A DNA stretch of 61,936 nt, counting the filler, from Vermamoeba vermiformis (lineage: Eukaryota), in the NCBI GenBank assembly GCA_045837725.1. It is 5 parts of 5 records of this genome, joined end to end, with 100 filler letters (N's around TTAATTAATTAA, not from the genome) between each part and the next. Parts side by side here need not be neighbours in the genome. Positions count along the whole stretch, not along the records: positions 58,458 to 61,936 come from JBEWZL010000222.1; 4 more parts are not named here. One strand, given 5' to 3'. Positions 61,924-61,936 of the stretch are shown piece by piece. Every line of letters starts with the position of its first letter. The stretch's first letter is position 1. The notes under the pieces were generated by a model. It worked only from the letters and a program-made list of their open reading frames with translations, made no database searches and was not told the DNA's origin. Position numbers and translations under genes: made by a program.

Positions 61924-61936
61924 ATTTTAGAGCTAA

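Overview
This is eukaryotic, intron-rich DNA (short GT-AG introns, CTAAC/TTAAC branch points, many F-box genes; probably a protist). It consists of five contigs joined by artificial 100-nt N-TTAATTAATTAA-N linkers, so adjacency across linkers is not biological. Contig 1 (1-17002) holds host genes: an OSCA/CSC1 channel, threonyl-tRNA synthetase, a PD-(D/E)xK-like protein, a kinase, an ABC-B transporter and F-box proteins. Contig 2 (17103-43788) is the most interesting part. It carries an intron-containing tyrosine recombinase fused to a chromodomain-like module, and two strongly diverged copies of a head-to-head cassette: a NEIL1-type Fpg/Nei DNA glycosylase paired with a protein made of an unrecognised helical domain, a low-complexity linker and an F-box. 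It also has palindromic repeat arrays, a 227-bp inverted-repeat pair, TTAGGG tracts and a Ty3/gypsy element preceded by an intron-rich non-coding segment. I infer a possibly undescribed family of large YR-mobilised DNA elements carrying DNA-glycosylase cargo; element ends were not identified. Contig 3 has a complete CACTA/Plavaka-type transposon inside an intron of a PA-domain multi-TM gene. Contig 4 has the 3' end of a SNF2 helicase gene with an intronic TIR element and a CpG-depleted transposase relic. Contig 5 has F-box genes. Exon structures were read by eye and no database searches were run.
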